From sequence record PP400786: 64,000 nucleotides of DNA. One strand, given 5' to 3'. Below are positions 8,628-21,377 of this stretch, in pieces. The notes beneath the pieces were generated by a model. That model saw nothing but the letters and a program-made list of their open reading frames with translations. It did not search any database and was not told the DNA's origin. Within the stretch, counting starts at the first letter, position 1. Each line of letters begins with the position of its first letter. The stretch comes from Escherichia phage FL12. The translations under genes were made by a program, and so were the position numbers.

Positions 8628-9494
8628 ATGAAAAAATCTAACACAGTTCAATTTAGATACATATATAAAACAACCGTTACTAATCCGAAAGGATTAGTAC
8701 GGGTTTATATTGGTAAACATGAATCTAGATATTTTGATTTAGAAAATGATAAGTATAGAGGTTCCGGTGATTATATTAAAAAGATACGTAATAAACCTGG
8801 TTATAAAATAGATTTTGAAATAATTGAATTTGTTTCTACTTATGAAATTCTCAATTCAAGAGAAAGATATTGGATTTCGAAATATAAATCATCTGATATT
8901 CTATGTACCAATATAAAATCCGGCGGTGATGGTTTTTCATCCGAAGATTTGAAGAGAATGTGGTCTAATCCTGAATATAGGAAAGCTCAATTGAAGGCAT
9001 TAGCTAAATCAACGTCAACTAAAGAATTTTCAGAGAAAATATCTAAAATAAACAAAGAAAGATGCGCATCGCCAGAATATCGAAAGAAAATGAGTAATGC
9101 GATGAAAACTGCTTTTGAAAATGATCCAACATTAAAAATTCGTATTTCTAATACCGTTAAATCTTTATGGAAATCCGATGAATATAGAAACAAATTAATC
9201 AATCATCCAGGAAAAATAGAAGGAACGAAACAATCATGGAATGATCCTTTGATAAGAAAATCGAGATTAGATGCTAGAAATAAAAAACTAAGATCAGTTG
9301 AACCTTGGATTAGTATAGAAAAAGTCAAAAAACTTTGGGAGGATTTGGGAAAACCACATCCACAGAAATACAAATGGTTTAGAGAAAAAGCAATTGAACA
9401 CGACCTCCCGGATGTAAGTTATAACGCAATTTTAAAAGCGTTGAAAAAATGTGATTATAAATTTACATCATTAGAGAATTCAACAATTGGCTAA
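8628..9494 (+). mobile_element. segC: Free-standing GIY-YIG homing endonuclease gene (Seg-like, segC position)
   Basis: 288-aa ORF; N-terminal YIY...VYIGK spaced like a GIY-YIG motif; three repeats (NPEYRKAQ, SPEYRKKM, SDEYRNKL) resembling DNA-binding modules of Seg/I-TevI enzymes. Lies between genes 5 and 5.1. Confidence 0.7.
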
Positions 9495-9504
9495 TATACT
9501 TCCA

Positions 9505-10023
9505 ATGAGCGCTGATTTAGGAGAATCCATGGAAGGTTCTTCTATCGACGTCACCTTTACCGCTCAATTAGAAACAGGTGAAACGTTAGTATCTATAAAT
9601 ATAACTAGTTACGAAGAAACTCCTGGGGTTTTAGTAGAAGAAAATCGCTTATATGGAACATATGAATCTGTATTTGGTTTCGGAAATGACGCATTGAAAT
9701 ATCGTTTAGGCGATGAATTTAAAACTGCTGCTTCATGGGAAGAACTTCCTACTGATTCTGATACTCAGTTGTATTTGTGGAAAGCTCCTCAAAACCTCCA
9801 GAAGACATTCACTTACGAAGTAACATTAATATATGACTACCAAGAACAAAGTGAATCTGGGGGTTCTGGTAGTAATTCTAGGTCATCTTCTGATACTACT
9901 GAACCAACAGATCCTCCTGCTCCAGTAAGAAAAACTCTCGTTAAAAATTATACTAAAACTATAGTTGGAAATTGGAGTCGTTGGGCTAATAAATTGAGAA
10001 GCTATGTGTATGAGAGGTCATAA
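9505..10023 (+). CDS. Gene 5.1-like hypothetical protein
   Basis: ORF between the Seg-like gene and 5.4; the track start at 9487 is TTG; first ATG at 9505 has a weak ribosome-binding site, so the start is uncertain. Confidence 0.55.
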
Positions 10024-10317
10024 ATGTCAGGATTAAGTTATGATAAGTGTGTTACTGCTGGCCATGAAGCGTGGCCTCCAACAGTTGTGAATGCTACACA
10101 AAGTAAAGTATTCACTGGAGGAATTGCTGTTCTCGTAGCAGGTGATCCAATTACAGAACATACAGAAATTAAAAAGCCATATGAAACACATGGCGGAGTG
10201 ACACAACCCAGAACTTCTAAGGTATATGTCACTGGAAAGAAAGCTGTTCAAATGGCTGATCCAATATCATGCGGTGATACTGTGGCTCAGGCATCATCTA
10301 AAGTATTCATTAAATAG
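10024..10317 (+). CDS. 5.4: Gene 5.4 PAAR-like spike-tip protein
   Basis: 97 aa, Gly-rich with conserved His and Cys; directly upstream of gene 6 as in T4. Confidence 0.8.
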
Positions 10318-10325
10318 GATTTAAA

Positions 10326-12308
10326 ATGGCAAATACCCCTGTAAATTATCAATTAACAAGAACAGCAAATGCTATTCCCGAGATATTCGTCGGGGGTACG
10401 TTTGCTGAAATAAAACAAAACCTCATTGAATGGCTTAATGGCCAAAATGAATTTTTGGATTATGATTTTGAAGGCTCAAGATTAAACGTTCTGTGTGACC
10501 TTTTAGCTTATAATACATTGTACATTCAACAGTTTGGTAATGCTGCTGTGTATGAAAGCTTTATGCGTACTGCTAACTTACGAAGTTCAGTTGTTCAAGC
10601 TGCACAAGATAACGGATATTTACCTACTTCAAAATCCGCTGCGCAGACCGAAATTATGTTAACATGCACCGACGCATTGAATAGGAATTACATTACTATT
10701 CCTCGCGGAACTCGCTTTTTAGCATATGCAAAAGATACTTCTGTTAATCCATATAACTTCGTTTCTACCGAAGACGTTATTGCCATTCGTGATAAAAATA
10801 ACCAATATTTTCCGCGTTTAAAATTGGCCCAGGGACGTATAGTAAGAACTGAAATCATTTATGATAAATTAACACCTATTATCATTTATGATAAAAATAT
10901 TGATAGAAACCAGGTTAAATTATATGTTGATGGAGCGGAATGGATTAACTGGACGAGAAAGTCAATGGTTCATGCTGGTTCAACATCAACGATTTACTAT
11001 ATGCGTGAAACTATTGATGGAAACACTGAATTCTATTTTGGTGAAGGTGAAATTTCTGTTAATGCTTCTGAAGGAGCTTTGACTGCTAATTATATTGGAG
11101 GTCTTAAACCTACACAGAACTCTACGATTGTTATTGAGTACATCAGTACTAATGGTGCTGACGCGAACGGAGCAGTCGGATTTTCATACGCAGATACATT
11201 AACAAATATAACTGTCATCAATATTAATGAAAATCCAAACGATGACCCAGATTTTGTTGGGGCAGATGGCGGCGGTGATCCAGAAGATATTGAGCGTATC
11301 CGCGAATTGGGTACTATTAAACGCGAAACCCAGCAACGATGCGTAACTGCGACTGATTATGATACATTCGTTTCAGAGAGATTCGGTTCTATTATTCAGG
11401 CAGTTCAGACTTTCACTGATTCTACTAAACCTGGGTATGCATTTATTGCTGCTAAACCTAAATCAGGTCTGTATTTAACTACCGTACAGCGTGAAGATAT
11501 TAAAAATTATCTCAAAGACTATAATTTGGCTCCTATTACACCATCAATTATTTCTCCTAATTATCTTTTTATTAAGACTAATTTAAAAGTCACATATGCT
11601 TTAAATAAACTGCAAGAATCCGAGCAGTGGCTTGAAGGTCAAATAATTGATAAAATTGACCGCTATTATACTGAAGATGTAGAAATTTTTAACTCGTCTT
11701 TTGCCAAGTCTAAGATGTTAACTTATGTAGATGATGCAGATCATTCTATCATTGGTTCATCAGCGACAATTCAAATTGTTCGTGAAGTACAAAACTTCTA
11801 TAAAACGCCTGAAGCAGGTATTAAATACAATAATCAAATAAAAGATCGTTCTATGGAATCTAATACGTTTTCATTTAATTCTGGACGAAAGGTTGTAAAT
11901 CCTGATACTGGTTTAGAAGAAGATGTATTATATGACGTTCGCATAGTATCAACAGACCGAGATTCTAAAGGAATTGGTAAAGTTATTATTGGTCCATTTG
12001 CTTCTGGCGATGTTACAGAAAATGAAAACATTCAGCCATATACAGGCAACGATTTTAACAAATTAGCAAATTCTGATGGACGCGACAAATACTATGTTAT
12101 CGGTGAAATAAATTATCCAGCTGATGTGATTTATTGGAATATCGCTAAAATTAATTTAACATCTGAAAAATTTGAAGTTCAGACTATTGAATTATATTCT
12201 GACCCAACCGATGATGTTATCTTTACTCGCGATGGTTCACTGATTGTATTTGAAAATGACTTACGTCCACAATACTTAACTATCGATTTGGAGCCTATAT
12301 CACAATGA
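10326..12308 (+). CDS. 6: Gene 6 baseplate wedge protein
   Basis: 660 aa; synteny 5-6-7-8. Confidence 0.9.
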   Translation: MANTPVNYQLTRTANAIPEIFVGGTFAEIKQNLIEWLNGQNEFLDYDFEGSRLNVLCDLLAYNTLYIQQFGNAAVYESFMRTANLRSSVVQAAQDNGYLPTSKSAAQTEIMLTCTDALNRNYITIPRGTRFLAYAKDTSVNPYNFVSTEDVIAIRDKNNQYFPRLKLAQGRIVRTEIIYDKLTPIIIYDKNIDRNQVKLYVDGAEWINWTRKSMVHAGSTSTIYYMRETIDGNTEFYFGEGEISVNASEGALTANYIGGLKPTQNSTIVIEYISTNGADANGAVGFSYADTLTNITVININENPNDDPDFVGADGGGDPEDIERIRELGTIKRETQQRCVTATDYDTFVSERFGSIIQAVQTFTDSTKPGYAFIAAKPKSGLYLTTVQREDIKNYLKDYNLAPITPSIISPNYLFIKTNLKVTYALNKLQESEQWLEGQIIDKIDRYYTEDVEIFNSSFAKSKMLTYVDDADHSIIGSSATIQIVREVQNFYKTPEAGIKYNNQIKDRSMESNTFSFNSGRKVVNPDTGLEEDVLYDVRIVSTDRDSKGIGKVIIGPFASGDVTENENIQPYTGNDFNKLANSDGRDKYYVIGEINYPADVIYWNIAKINLTSEKFEVQTIELYSDPTDDVIFTRDGSLIVFENDLRPQYLTIDLEPISQ

Positions 12309-15300
12309 CAGTAAAAGCACCTTCAGTCACTAGTCTCAGAATTTCCAAGTTATCCGCAAATCAGGTGCAAGTACGCTGGGATGACGTTGGTGCTAATTTC
12401 TACTATTTTGTAGAAATCGCTGAGACAAAAACAGACTCGGGGGAAAATCTCCCGAGTAATCAATACAAATGGATTAACTTAGGATATACAGCAAATAATA
12501 GTTTCTTTTTTGATGACGCCGATCCACTGACATCATATGTTATTAGAGTAGCTACGGCGGCTCAAGATTTTGAGCAATCTGACTGGATTTATACCGAAGA
12601 GTTTGAAACTTTTGCTACGAATGCTTACACATTTCAAAATATGATTGAAATGCAATTAGCTAATAAATTCATTCAGGAAAAGTTCACTCTTAATAATTCT
12701 GATTATGTTAATTTTAATAATGACACCATAATGGCTGCATTGATGAATGAATCATTCCAGTTCAGCCCATCGTATGTTGATGTCTCATCAATAAGTAATT
12801 TTATTATTGGTGAAAATGAGTATCATGAAATACAAGGTTCTATTCAGCAAGTATGTAAGGATATTAACCGAGTTTATTTGATGGAATCAGAAGGGATTCT
12901 ATATCTTTTTGAGCGTTATCAGCCTGTAGTTAAAGTATCTAATGATAAAGGACAAACCTGGAAAGCTGTAAAGCTCTTCAATGACCGCGTAGGATATCCT
13001 TTATCTAAGACTGTATATTACCAATCTGCGAACACTACATACGTTCTAGGATACGACAAGATTTTCTATGGCCGTAAATCGACTGACGTTAGATGGTCAG
13101 CAGATGATGTCAGATTCAGTTCACAGGATATAACATTTGCTAAATTAGGAAACCAACTTCATTTAGGATTCGATGTTGAAATCTTCGCTACTTATGCTAC
13201 TTTACCAGCGAATGTATACCGTATAGCTGAGGCTATTACTTGCACGGATGATTATATCTATGTTGTTGCCAGAGATAAAGTTAGATACATAAAAACGAGT
13301 AATGCACCCATAGATTCTGATCCATTATCTCCAACATATTCGGAAAGACTTTTTGAACCTGACACAATGACTATAACCGGAAATCCTAAAGCAGTATGCT
13401 ATAAAATGGATTCTGTTGGTGATAAAGTTTTTGCTCTTATTATTGGTGAAGTTGAAACATTAAATGCTAATCCGAGGACTTCAAAAATAATTGATTCTGC
13501 TGATAAAGGAATATATGTTTTAAATCATGACGAAAAAACATGGAAAAGAGTTTTTGGTAATACTGAAGAAGAAAGAAGACGTATTCAACCCGGATATGCG
13601 AATATGTCAACTGACGGTAAATTAGTTTCTCTGTCTTCGAGTAATTTTAAATTTTTAAGTGATAATGTTGTTAATGACCCTGAAACTGCAGCAAAATATC
13701 AGTTAATTGGTGCTGTCAAATATGAATTTCCTCGTGAATGGTTAGCTGATAAGCATTATCATATGATGGCATTTATAGCGGATGAAAAATCTGATTGGGA
13801 GACTTTTACTCCTCAACCAATGAAATACTACGCAGAACCATTCTTTAACTGGTCTAAAAAATCTAACACACGTTGTTGGATAAACAACTCTGATAGGGTT
13901 GTAGTAGTTTATGCTGATTTAAAATACACTAAAGTTATAGAAAATATTCCTGAAACATCACCAGATAGATTAGTTCATGAATACTGGGATGATGGCGATT
14001 GCACTATAGTAATGCCAAATGTTAAATTCACTGGATTTAAAAAATATGCATCTGGGATGCTTTTCTATAAAGCCTCTGGCGAAATAATTTCTTACTATGA
14101 TTTTAACTATCGTGTTAGAGACACTGTCGAAATTATTTGGAAGCCAACTGAAGTATTTTTAAAAGCATTTTTACAAAACCAAGAGCATGAAACTCCTTGG
14201 TCGCCTGAAGAAGAGCGTGGATTAGCTGACCCTGATTTAAGACCGTTGATTGGCACAATGATGCCTGATTCTTATTTGTTACAGGATTCGAATTTTGAGG
14301 CATTTTGCGAAGCATATATTCAATATCTTTCTGATGGATATGGAACCCAGTATAACAATTTACGAAATTTAATTCGTAACAAATATCCACGAGAAGAGCA
14401 TGCATGGGAATATTTGTGGTCAGAGATATATAAAAGAAACATTTATTTAAATGCTGACAAACGTGATGCTGTTACAAGATTTTTCGAATCACGTAGCTAT
14501 GATTTTTATTCTACTAAAGGAATTGAAGCATCATACAAATTTCTTTTTAAAGTTCTTTATAATGAAGAGGTTGAAATTGAAATTGAATCTGGAGCTGGTA
14601 CTGAATATGATATAATCGTTCAATCTGATTCTTTAACTGAAGATTTAGTAGGACAAACGATTTATACAGCTACAGGAAGATGTAATGTTACTTATATAGA
14701 AAGAAGTTATTCTAACGGTAAATTGCAATGGACCGTAACTATTCATAATCTTTTGGGAAGATTAATTGCCGGTCAAGAAGTTAAAGCAGAAAGACTCCCT
14801 AGTTTTGAAGGCGAAATTATTCGTGGCGTTAAAGGAAAGGATTTGCTTCAAAACAATATAGACTATATTAATAGAAGTAGATCATACTATGTAATGAAAA
14901 TTAAATCCAATTTACCTTCATCCCGCTGGAAATCTGACGTTATTCGTTTTGTTCATCCAGTAGGATTTGGATTTATAGCAATTACTCTTTTAACAATGTT
15001 TATTAATGTTGGTTTAACTCTTAAACATACAGAGACTATAATTAATAAATACAAAAACTATAAATGGGATTCTGGATTGCCTACTGAATATGCCGATAGA
15101 GTAGCTAAATTAACTCCAGCTGGTGAAATTGAACATGATCCAGTAACAGGCGAAGCAATTTATGAGCCTGGTCCAAAGGCTGGTGTAAAATATCCTCTTC
15201 CTGATGACTATAATGCTGAAAATAATAATTCAATATTTCAAGGTCAATTGCCATCTGAACGACGTAAATTAATGAGTCCTGTATTTGATGCATCTGGAAC

Positions 15301-15403
15301 AACATTTGCACAATTTAGGGATTTAGTTAATAAACGTCTAAAAGATAATATAGGAAATCCAAGAGACCCTGAAAATCCAACACAGGTTAAAATAGATGAA
15401 TGA
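12305..15403 (+). CDS. 7: Gene 7 baseplate wedge initiator
   Basis: 1032 aa; ATGA overlap with gene 6. Confidence 0.9.
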   Translation: MTVKAPSVTSLRISKLSANQVQVRWDDVGANFYYFVEIAETKTDSGENLPSNQYKWINLGYTANNSFFFDDADPLTSYVIRVATAAQDFEQSDWIYTEEFETFATNAYTFQNMIEMQLANKFIQEKFTLNNSDYVNFNNDTIMAALMNESFQFSPSYVDVSSISNFIIGENEYHEIQGSIQQVCKDINRVYLMESEGILYLFERYQPVVKVSNDKGQTWKAVKLFNDRVGYPLSKTVYYQSANTTYVLGYDKIFYGRKSTDVRWSADDVRFSSQDITFAKLGNQLHLGFDVEIFATYATLPANVYRIAEAITCTDDYIYVVARDKVRYIKTSNAPIDSDPLSPTYSERLFEPDTMTITGNPKAVCYKMDSVGDKVFALIIGEVETLNANPRTSKIIDSADKGIYVLNHDEKTWKRVFGNTEEERRRIQPGYANMSTDGKLVSLSSSNFKFLSDNVVNDPETAAKYQLIGAVKYEFPREWLADKHYHMMAFIADEKSDWETFTPQPMKYYAEPFFNWSKKSNTRCWINNSDRVVVVYADLKYTKVIENIPETSPDRLVHEYWDDGDCTIVMPNVKFTGFKKYASGMLFYKASGEIISYYDFNYRVRDTVEIIWKPTEVFLKAFLQNQEHETPWSPEEERGLADPDLRPLIGTMMPDSYLLQDSNFEAFCEAYIQYLSDGYGTQYNNLRNLIRNKYPREEHAWEYLWSEIYKRNIYLNADKRDAVTRFFESRSYDFYSTKGIEASYKFLFKVLYNEEVEIEIESGAGTEYDIIVQSDSLTEDLVGQTIYTATGRCNVTYIERSYSNGKLQWTVTIHNLLGRLIAGQEVKAERLPSFEGEIIRGVKGKDLLQNNIDYINRSRSYYVMKIKSNLPSSRWKSDVIRFVHPVGFGFIAITLLTMFINVGLTLKHTETIINKYKNYKWDSGLPTEYADRVAKLTPAGEIEHDPVTGEAIYEPGPKAGVKYPLPDDYNAENNNSIFQGQLPSERRKLMSPVFDASGTTFAQFRDLVNKRLKDNIGNPRDPENPTQVKIDE

Positions 15404-16400
15404 TTCAAGTGTTATCTATCGTGCGATAGTTACTTCAAAATTTAGAACAGAAAAAATGTTGAATTTTTATAATTCAATTGGAAGTGGTCCGGATAAAAAC
15501 ACTATCTTTATCACATTTGGAAGATCAGAACCGTGGTCATCAAATGAAAATGAGGTGGGCTTTGCCCCACCTTATCCTACCGATTCTGTATTAGGCGTAA
15601 CTGACATGTGGACTCATATGATGGGAACTGTAAAGGTTCTTCCATCTATGCTTGATGCAGTTATTCCTCGTAGAGATTGGGGAGATACTAGATATCCTGA
15701 TCCATACACATTTAGAATTAACGATATTGTAGTGTGTAACTCAGCTCCTTACAATGCTACTGAATCAGGCGCAGGCTGGTTAGTATATCGTTGTTTAGAT
15801 GTTCCTGACACAGGAATGTGTTCAATCGCATCTTTAACTGATAAGGATGAATGCCTTAAGTTAGGTGGAAAATGGACTCCTTCTGCTAGGTCAATGACTC
15901 CTCCTGAAGGTCGAGGAGACGCGGAAGGAACAATCGAACCCGGCGACGGATATGTTTGGGAATATCTTTTTGAGATTCCGCCTGATGTATCTATAAATAG
16001 ATGCACGAATGAATACATCGTGGTTCCTTGGCCTGAAGAATTAAAAGAAGACCCGACTAGATGGGGATATGAAGATAATCTCACTTGGCAACAAGATGAT
16101 TTTGGATTAATTTACCGTGTTAAGGCAAATACTATCCGTTTTAAAGCATATTTAGATTCAGTTTATTTTCCTGAAGCTGCATTGCCAGGAAATAAAGGAT
16201 TTAGACAAATATCAATAATCACGAATCCTCTTGAAGCTAAAGCTCATCCAAATGACCCAAACGTTAAAGCTGAAAAGGATTATTATGATCCGGAAGATTT
16301 AATGAGGCATTCGGGCGAAATGATTTATATGGAAAATAGGCCACCTATTATTATGGCAATGGATCAGACAGAAGAAATCAATATTCTGTTTACATTTTAA
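15396..16400 (+). CDS. 8: Gene 8 baseplate wedge protein
   Basis: 334 aa; overlaps the gene 7 end. Confidence 0.9.
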   Translation: MNDSSVIYRAIVTSKFRTEKMLNFYNSIGSGPDKNTIFITFGRSEPWSSNENEVGFAPPYPTDSVLGVTDMWTHMMGTVKVLPSMLDAVIPRRDWGDTRYPDPYTFRINDIVVCNSAPYNATESGAGWLVYRCLDVPDTGMCSIASLTDKDECLKLGGKWTPSARSMTPPEGRGDAEGTIEPGDGYVWEYLFEIPPDVSINRCTNEYIVVPWPEELKEDPTRWGYEDNLTWQQDDFGLIYRVKANTIRFKAYLDSVYFPEAALPGNKGFRQISIITNPLEAKAHPNDPNVKAEKDYYDPEDLMRHSGEMIYMENRPPIIMAMDQTEEINILFTF

Positions 16401-16405
16401 CTTAA

Positions 16406-16428
16406 GGGAGCCCATGGGCTCCCTTTTT
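16406..16428 (+). terminator. Intrinsic terminator after gene 8
   Basis: Perfect hairpin GGGAGCCCATGGGCTCCC followed by TTTTT. Confidence 0.75.
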
Positions 16429-16431
16429 CTT

Positions 16432-16439
16432 TATAAATA
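16432..16439 (+). promoter_or_regulatory. Late promoter for gene 9
   Basis: TATAAATA about 25 nt upstream of the gene 9 ATG. Confidence 0.7.
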
Positions 16440-16463
16440 CTATAAACTCATAAGGAAACCGCT

Positions 16464-17330
16464 ATGTTCATTCAAGAACCAAAGAAATTGATTGATACCG
16501 GCGAAATTGGTAACGCTTCTACTGGTGATATCTTATTCGACGGTGGTAATAAAATTAATAGTGATTTTAACGCAATTTATAATGCGTTTGGCGATCAACG
16601 TAAAATGGCAGTAGCAAATGGCACCGGAGCAGATGGTCAAATTATCCATGCTACTGGATATTATCAAAAACACTCTATTACAGAGTACGCAACTCCAGTG
16701 AAAGTTGGCACTAGACATGATATTGATACCTCTACTGTAGGTGTTAAAGTTATCATTGAAAGAGGCGAACTTGGCGATTGTGTTGAATTTATTAACTCTA
16801 ATGGATCAATATCAGTTACTAATCCTTTGACAATTCAAGCTATTGATTCAATTAAAGGTGTTTCAGGTAATTTAGTAGTAACTAGCCCATATAGTAAAGT
16901 AACTTTACGCTGTATTTCATCTGATAATTCCACGTCGGTTTGGAATTATTCTATTGAAAGTATGTTTGGACAAAAGGAATCACCGGCTGAAGGTACATGG
17001 AATATTTCTACATCTGGATCAGTTGATATTCCACTATTTCATCGCACTGAATACAATATGGCTAAATTGCTAGTTACATGCCAATCGGTAGATGGAAGAA
17101 AAATTAAAACAGCAGAAATAAATATTCTTGTGGATACTGTCAATTCAGAGGTAATTTCTTCTGAATATGCTGTCATGCGAGTTGGGAATGAAACCGAAGA
17201 AGACGAAATCGCTAATATTGCATTTAGTATTAAAGAAAATTATGTAACGGCGACTATAAGTTCTTCAACTGTCGGTATGAGAGCAGCAGTTAAAGTTATC
17301 GCTACGCAGAAAATCGGGGTGGCTCAATAA
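16464..17330 (+). CDS. 9: Gene 9 baseplate wedge / long tail fibre socket
   Basis: 288 aa; synteny. Confidence 0.9.
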   Translation: MFIQEPKKLIDTGEIGNASTGDILFDGGNKINSDFNAIYNAFGDQRKMAVANGTGADGQIIHATGYYQKHSITEYATPVKVGTRHDIDTSTVGVKVIIERGELGDCVEFINSNGSISVTNPLTIQAIDSIKGVSGNLVVTSPYSKVTLRCISSDNSTSVWNYSIESMFGQKESPAEGTWNISTSGSVDIPLFHRTEYNMAKLLVTCQSVDGRKIKTAEINILVDTVNSEVISSEYAVMRVGNETEEDEIANIAFSIKENYVTATISSSTVGMRAAVKVIATQKIGVAQ

Positions 17331-19138
17331 TGAAACAAAATATTAATATCGGTAATGTTGTAGATGATGGTACCGGTGACTACCTGCGTAAAGGTGGTAT
17401 AAAAATAAATGAAAACTTTGATGAGCTTTATTATGAGCTTGGTGATGGAGATGTTCCATATTCAGCCGGTGCCTGGAAAACTTATAATGCTTCATCAGGA
17501 CAAACATTAACAGCAGAATGGGGAAAATCATACGCTATTAATACATCTTCTGGAAGAGTGACTATAAATCTTCCAAAGGGTACAGTTAATGATTACAACA
17601 AGGTAATTAGAGCTAGAGACGTATTTGCTACGTGGAACGTCAACCCAGTTACACTAGTAGCTGCTTCCGGCGATACGATTAAAGGGTCTGCAGTACCAGT
17701 TGAAATTAATGTTCAATTCAGCGATTTAGAACTAGTGTATTGCGCCCCAGGACGTTGGGAATATGTCAAAAATAAACAAATTGACAAAATTACCAGTTCA
17801 GACATTAGTAATGTAGCTCGTAAAGAATTTTTAGTTGAAGTTCAAGGACAAACGGACTTTTTAGATGTTTTCCGTGGAACTAGTTATAATGTAAATAACA
17901 TCAGAGTAAAACATCGTGGTAACGAATTATATTACGGCGATGTGTTTAGCGAAAACAGTGATTTTGGCTCTCCAGGCGAAAATGAAGGAGAACTGGTTCC
18001 TCTTGATGGATTTAATATTCGATTAAGACAGCCTTGTAATATTGGTGACACTGTTCAAATTGAAACATTTATGGATGGTGTATCGCAGTGGAGAAGTTCA
18101 TATACAAGACGTCAAATTAGATTGTTAGATTCAAAATTAACGTCAAAAACTTCTTTAGAAGGAAGCATTTACGTTACTGATTTATCAACAATGAAATCAA
18201 TTCCATTTTCTGCTTTTGGATTAATTCCAGGAGAACCTATTAATCCTAACTCTCTTGAGGTTCGTTTTAATGGAATTTTGCAGGAATTAGCTGGCACAGT
18301 TGGAATGCCATTATTTCATTGTGTTGGTGCCGATTCAGACGATGAAGTAGAATGCTCTGTTTTAGGTGGAACTTGGGAACAATCTCATACCGATTATTCA
18401 GTTGAAACTGATGAAAACGGCATACCGGAAATTTTACATTTCGATAGAGTATTTGAGCATGGTGACATTATCAATATCACCTGGTTTAATAATGATTTAG
18501 GTACATTATTAACAAAAGATGAGATTATTGATGAAACTGATAATCTCTATGTATCGCAAGGACCAGGGGTAGATATTTCTGGCGATGTAAATTTAACAGA
18601 CTTCGATAAAATTGGTTGGCCAAATGTAGAAGCAGTTCAATCTTATCAACGCGAATTTAATGCTGTTTCAAATATCTTTGATACGATTTATCCTATTGGA
18701 ACTATATATGAAAACGCTGTTAATCCAAACAACCCTGTTACATATATGGGATTCGGCTCATGGAAATTATTTGGGCAAGGAAAAGTTTTAGTTGGATGGA
18801 ATGAAGATATTTCGGATCCGAATTTTGCTCTAAATAACAACGATTTAGATTCGGGTGGAAATCCTTCGCATACTGCAGGTGGAACAGGTGGTTCTACTTC
18901 TGTTACATTGGAAAATGCTAATCTTCCTGCAACTGAAACAGATGAAGAAGTTCTAATAGTTGATGAAAATGGATCAGTCATTGTTGGTGGGTGTCAATAC
19001 GATCCAGATGAATCCGGTCCAATTTACACTAAATACCGTGAAGCTAAAGCATCTACTAACTCTACTCACACTCCGCCAACATCAATAACTAACATTCAAC
19101 CATATATTACAGTTTATCGTTGGATAAGGATTGCATAA
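17330..19138 (+). CDS. 10: Gene 10 baseplate wedge / short tail fibre attachment
   Basis: 602 aa; synteny. Confidence 0.9.
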   Translation: MKQNINIGNVVDDGTGDYLRKGGIKINENFDELYYELGDGDVPYSAGAWKTYNASSGQTLTAEWGKSYAINTSSGRVTINLPKGTVNDYNKVIRARDVFATWNVNPVTLVAASGDTIKGSAVPVEINVQFSDLELVYCAPGRWEYVKNKQIDKITSSDISNVARKEFLVEVQGQTDFLDVFRGTSYNVNNIRVKHRGNELYYGDVFSENSDFGSPGENEGELVPLDGFNIRLRQPCNIGDTVQIETFMDGVSQWRSSYTRRQIRLLDSKLTSKTSLEGSIYVTDLSTMKSIPFSAFGLIPGEPINPNSLEVRFNGILQELAGTVGMPLFHCVGADSDDEVECSVLGGTWEQSHTDYSVETDENGIPEILHFDRVFEHGDIINITWFNNDLGTLLTKDEIIDETDNLYVSQGPGVDISGDVNLTDFDKIGWPNVEAVQSYQREFNAVSNIFDTIYPIGTIYENAVNPNNPVTYMGFGSWKLFGQGKVLVGWNEDISDPNFALNNNDLDSGGNPSHTAGGTGGSTSVTLENANLPATETDEEVLIVDENGSVIVGGCQYDPDESGPIYTKYREAKASTNSTHTPPTSITNIQPYITVYRWIRIA

Positions 19139-19797
19139 TGAGTTTACTTAATAATAAAGCGGGAGTTATTTCCCGCTTAGCCGATTTTCTTGGTTTTAGA
19201 CCTAAAACTGGCGACATCGATGTAATGAATCGTCAATCAGTTGGGTCAGTGACAATTTCTCAATTAGCGAAAGGATTTTATGAACCAAATGTAGAATCAG
19301 CTATTAATGATGTTCATAATTTTTCTATAAAAGACGTTGGTACAATTATTACTAATAAAACTGGTGTTTCTCCTGAGGGTGTTTCTCAAACTGATTATTG
19401 GGCATTTTCAGGAACTGTGACAGATGATTCGCTTCCTCCTGATTCTCCTGTTACTGTATTAGTATTTGGTCTTCCAGTTTCAGCAACAACTGGAATGACA
19501 GCTATTGAGTTTGTCGCCAAAGTTCGTGTTGCGCTACAAGAAGCTATTGCGTCATTTACTGCTATCAATTCATATAAAAACCATCCAACTGACGGTAGTA
19601 AATTAGAAGTTACTTATTTAGATAATCAAAAACATGTATTAAGCACATATTCTACATATGGAATAACTATTTCCCAAGAAATTATTTCCGAATCTAAGCC
19701 TGGATATGGCACATGGAATTTGCTTGGTACACAAACTGTAACTTTAGATAATCAGCAAACTCCAATAGTACTTTATCATTTTGAGAGAACAGCATGA
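19138..19797 (+). CDS. 11: Gene 11 baseplate wedge / short tail fibre connector
   Basis: 219 aa from ATG at 19138 (TAATG overlap with gene 10); the track start at 19120 is TTG. Confidence 0.9.
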   Translation: MSLLNNKAGVISRLADFLGFRPKTGDIDVMNRQSVGSVTISQLAKGFYEPNVESAINDVHNFSIKDVGTIITNKTGVSPEGVSQTDYWAFSGTVTDDSLPPDSPVTVLVFGLPVSATTGMTAIEFVAKVRVALQEAIASFTAINSYKNHPTDGSKLEVTYLDNQKHVLSTYSTYGITISQEIISESKPGYGTWNLLGTQTVTLDNQQTPIVLYHFERTA

Positions 19798-21377
19798 GTA
19801 ATAATACATACCAACACGTTTCTAATGAATCTCGCTATGTAAAATTTGATCCAACTGGCACAAATTTTCCAGCAGAGATTACTGATGTTCAGGCTGCTAT
19901 AGCAGCCATTTCTCCTGCTGGTGTAAATGGAGTTCCTGATGCATCATCAACAACAAAAGGAATTTTATTTCTTGCCACTGAACAAGAAGTTATCGACGGA
20001 ACTGATAATACCAAAGCAGTTACACCGGCAACGTTGGCAACAAGATTATCATATCCAAATGCTACCGAAGAAGTTTATGGACTTACACGTTATTCAACAG
20101 ACGATGAAGCTGTAGCTGGTGTTAATAATGAATCATCTATAACTCCGGCTAAATTTACTACAGCAATTAATCACATTTTTGATACACGAATTTCTTCTGA
20201 AAGTTCACTTGGTGTTATTAAGTTATCATCTCTACCGCAAGCATTAGCTGGTGCAGATGATACTACTGCAATGACTCCATTAAAAACGCAGCAGTTAGCT
20301 ATTAAATTAATTGCGCAAATTGCTCCTTCTGAAACTGCAGCTACCGAATCGGACCAAGGTGTTGTTCAATTAGCGACAGTAGCTCAAGTTCGTCAAGGAA
20401 CCTTAAGAGAAGGCTATGCAATTTCTCCTTATACGCTAATGAATTCTACTGCTACTGAAGAATATAAAGGCGTAATTAAATTAGGAACACAATCAGAAGT
20501 TAACTCGAATAATGCTTCTGTTGCGGTTACTGGCGCAACTCTTAATGGTCGTGGTTCTACAACGTCAATGAGAGGCGTAGTTAAATTAACTACAACCGCC
20601 GGCTCACAGAGTGGAGGTGATGCTTCATCAGCACTAGCTTGGAATGCTGACGTTATCCATCAAAGAGGTGGTCAAACGATTAATGGAACACTTCGCATTA
20701 ATAATACACTCACAATAGCTTCAGGCGGAGCAAATATTACCGGAACAGTTAACATGACCGGTGGTTATATTCAGGGTAACCGCATCGTAACGCAAAATGA
20801 AATTGATAGAACTATTCCTGTCGGAGCTATTATGATGTGGGCCGCTGATAGTCTTCCTAGTGATGCTTGGCGCTTCTGCCATGGTGGAACTGTTTCAGCG
20901 TCAGATTGTCCATTATATGCTTCTAGAATTGGAACAAGATATGGCGGAAACCCATCAAATCCTGGATTGCCTGACATGCGTGGTCTTTTTGTTCGTGGCG
21001 CTGGCCGTGGCTCTCATTTAACAAATCCAAATGTTAATGGTAATGACCAGTTTGGTAAGCCTAGATTAGGTGTAGGTTGTACCGGTGGATATGTTGGTGA
21101 AGTACAGAAACAACAGATGTCTTATCATAAACATGCTGGCGGATTTGGTGAGCATGATGATTCTGGAGCATTCGGTAATACCCGTAGATCAAATTTTGTT
21201 GGTACACGTAAAGGACTTGACTGGGATAACCGTTCATACTTCACCAATGACGGATATGAAATTGACCCGCCATCACAACGAAATTCCAAATATACATTAA
21301 ATCGTCCTGAATTAATTGGAAATGAAACACGTCCATGGAACATTTCTTTAAACTACATAATTAAGGTAAAAGAATGA
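19794..21377 (+). CDS. 12: Gene 12 short tail fibre
   Basis: 527 aa; repetitive Thr/Ser/Ala-rich fibrous sequence; synteny. Confidence 0.9.
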   Translation: MSNNTYQHVSNESRYVKFDPTGTNFPAEITDVQAAIAAISPAGVNGVPDASSTTKGILFLATEQEVIDGTDNTKAVTPATLATRLSYPNATEEVYGLTRYSTDDEAVAGVNNESSITPAKFTTAINHIFDTRISSESSLGVIKLSSLPQALAGADDTTAMTPLKTQQLAIKLIAQIAPSETAATESDQGVVQLATVAQVRQGTLREGYAISPYTLMNSTATEEYKGVIKLGTQSEVNSNNASVAVTGATLNGRGSTTSMRGVVKLTTTAGSQSGGDASSALAWNADVIHQRGGQTINGTLRINNTLTIASGGANITGTVNMTGGYIQGNRIVTQNEIDRTIPVGAIMMWAADSLPSDAWRFCHGGTVSASDCPLYASRIGTRYGGNPSNPGLPDMRGLFVRGAGRGSHLTNPNVNGNDQFGKPRLGVGCTGGYVGEVQKQQMSYHKHAGGFGEHDDSGAFGNTRRSNFVGTRKGLDWDNRSYFTNDGYEIDPPSQRNSKYTLNRPELIGNETRPWNISLNYIIKVKE

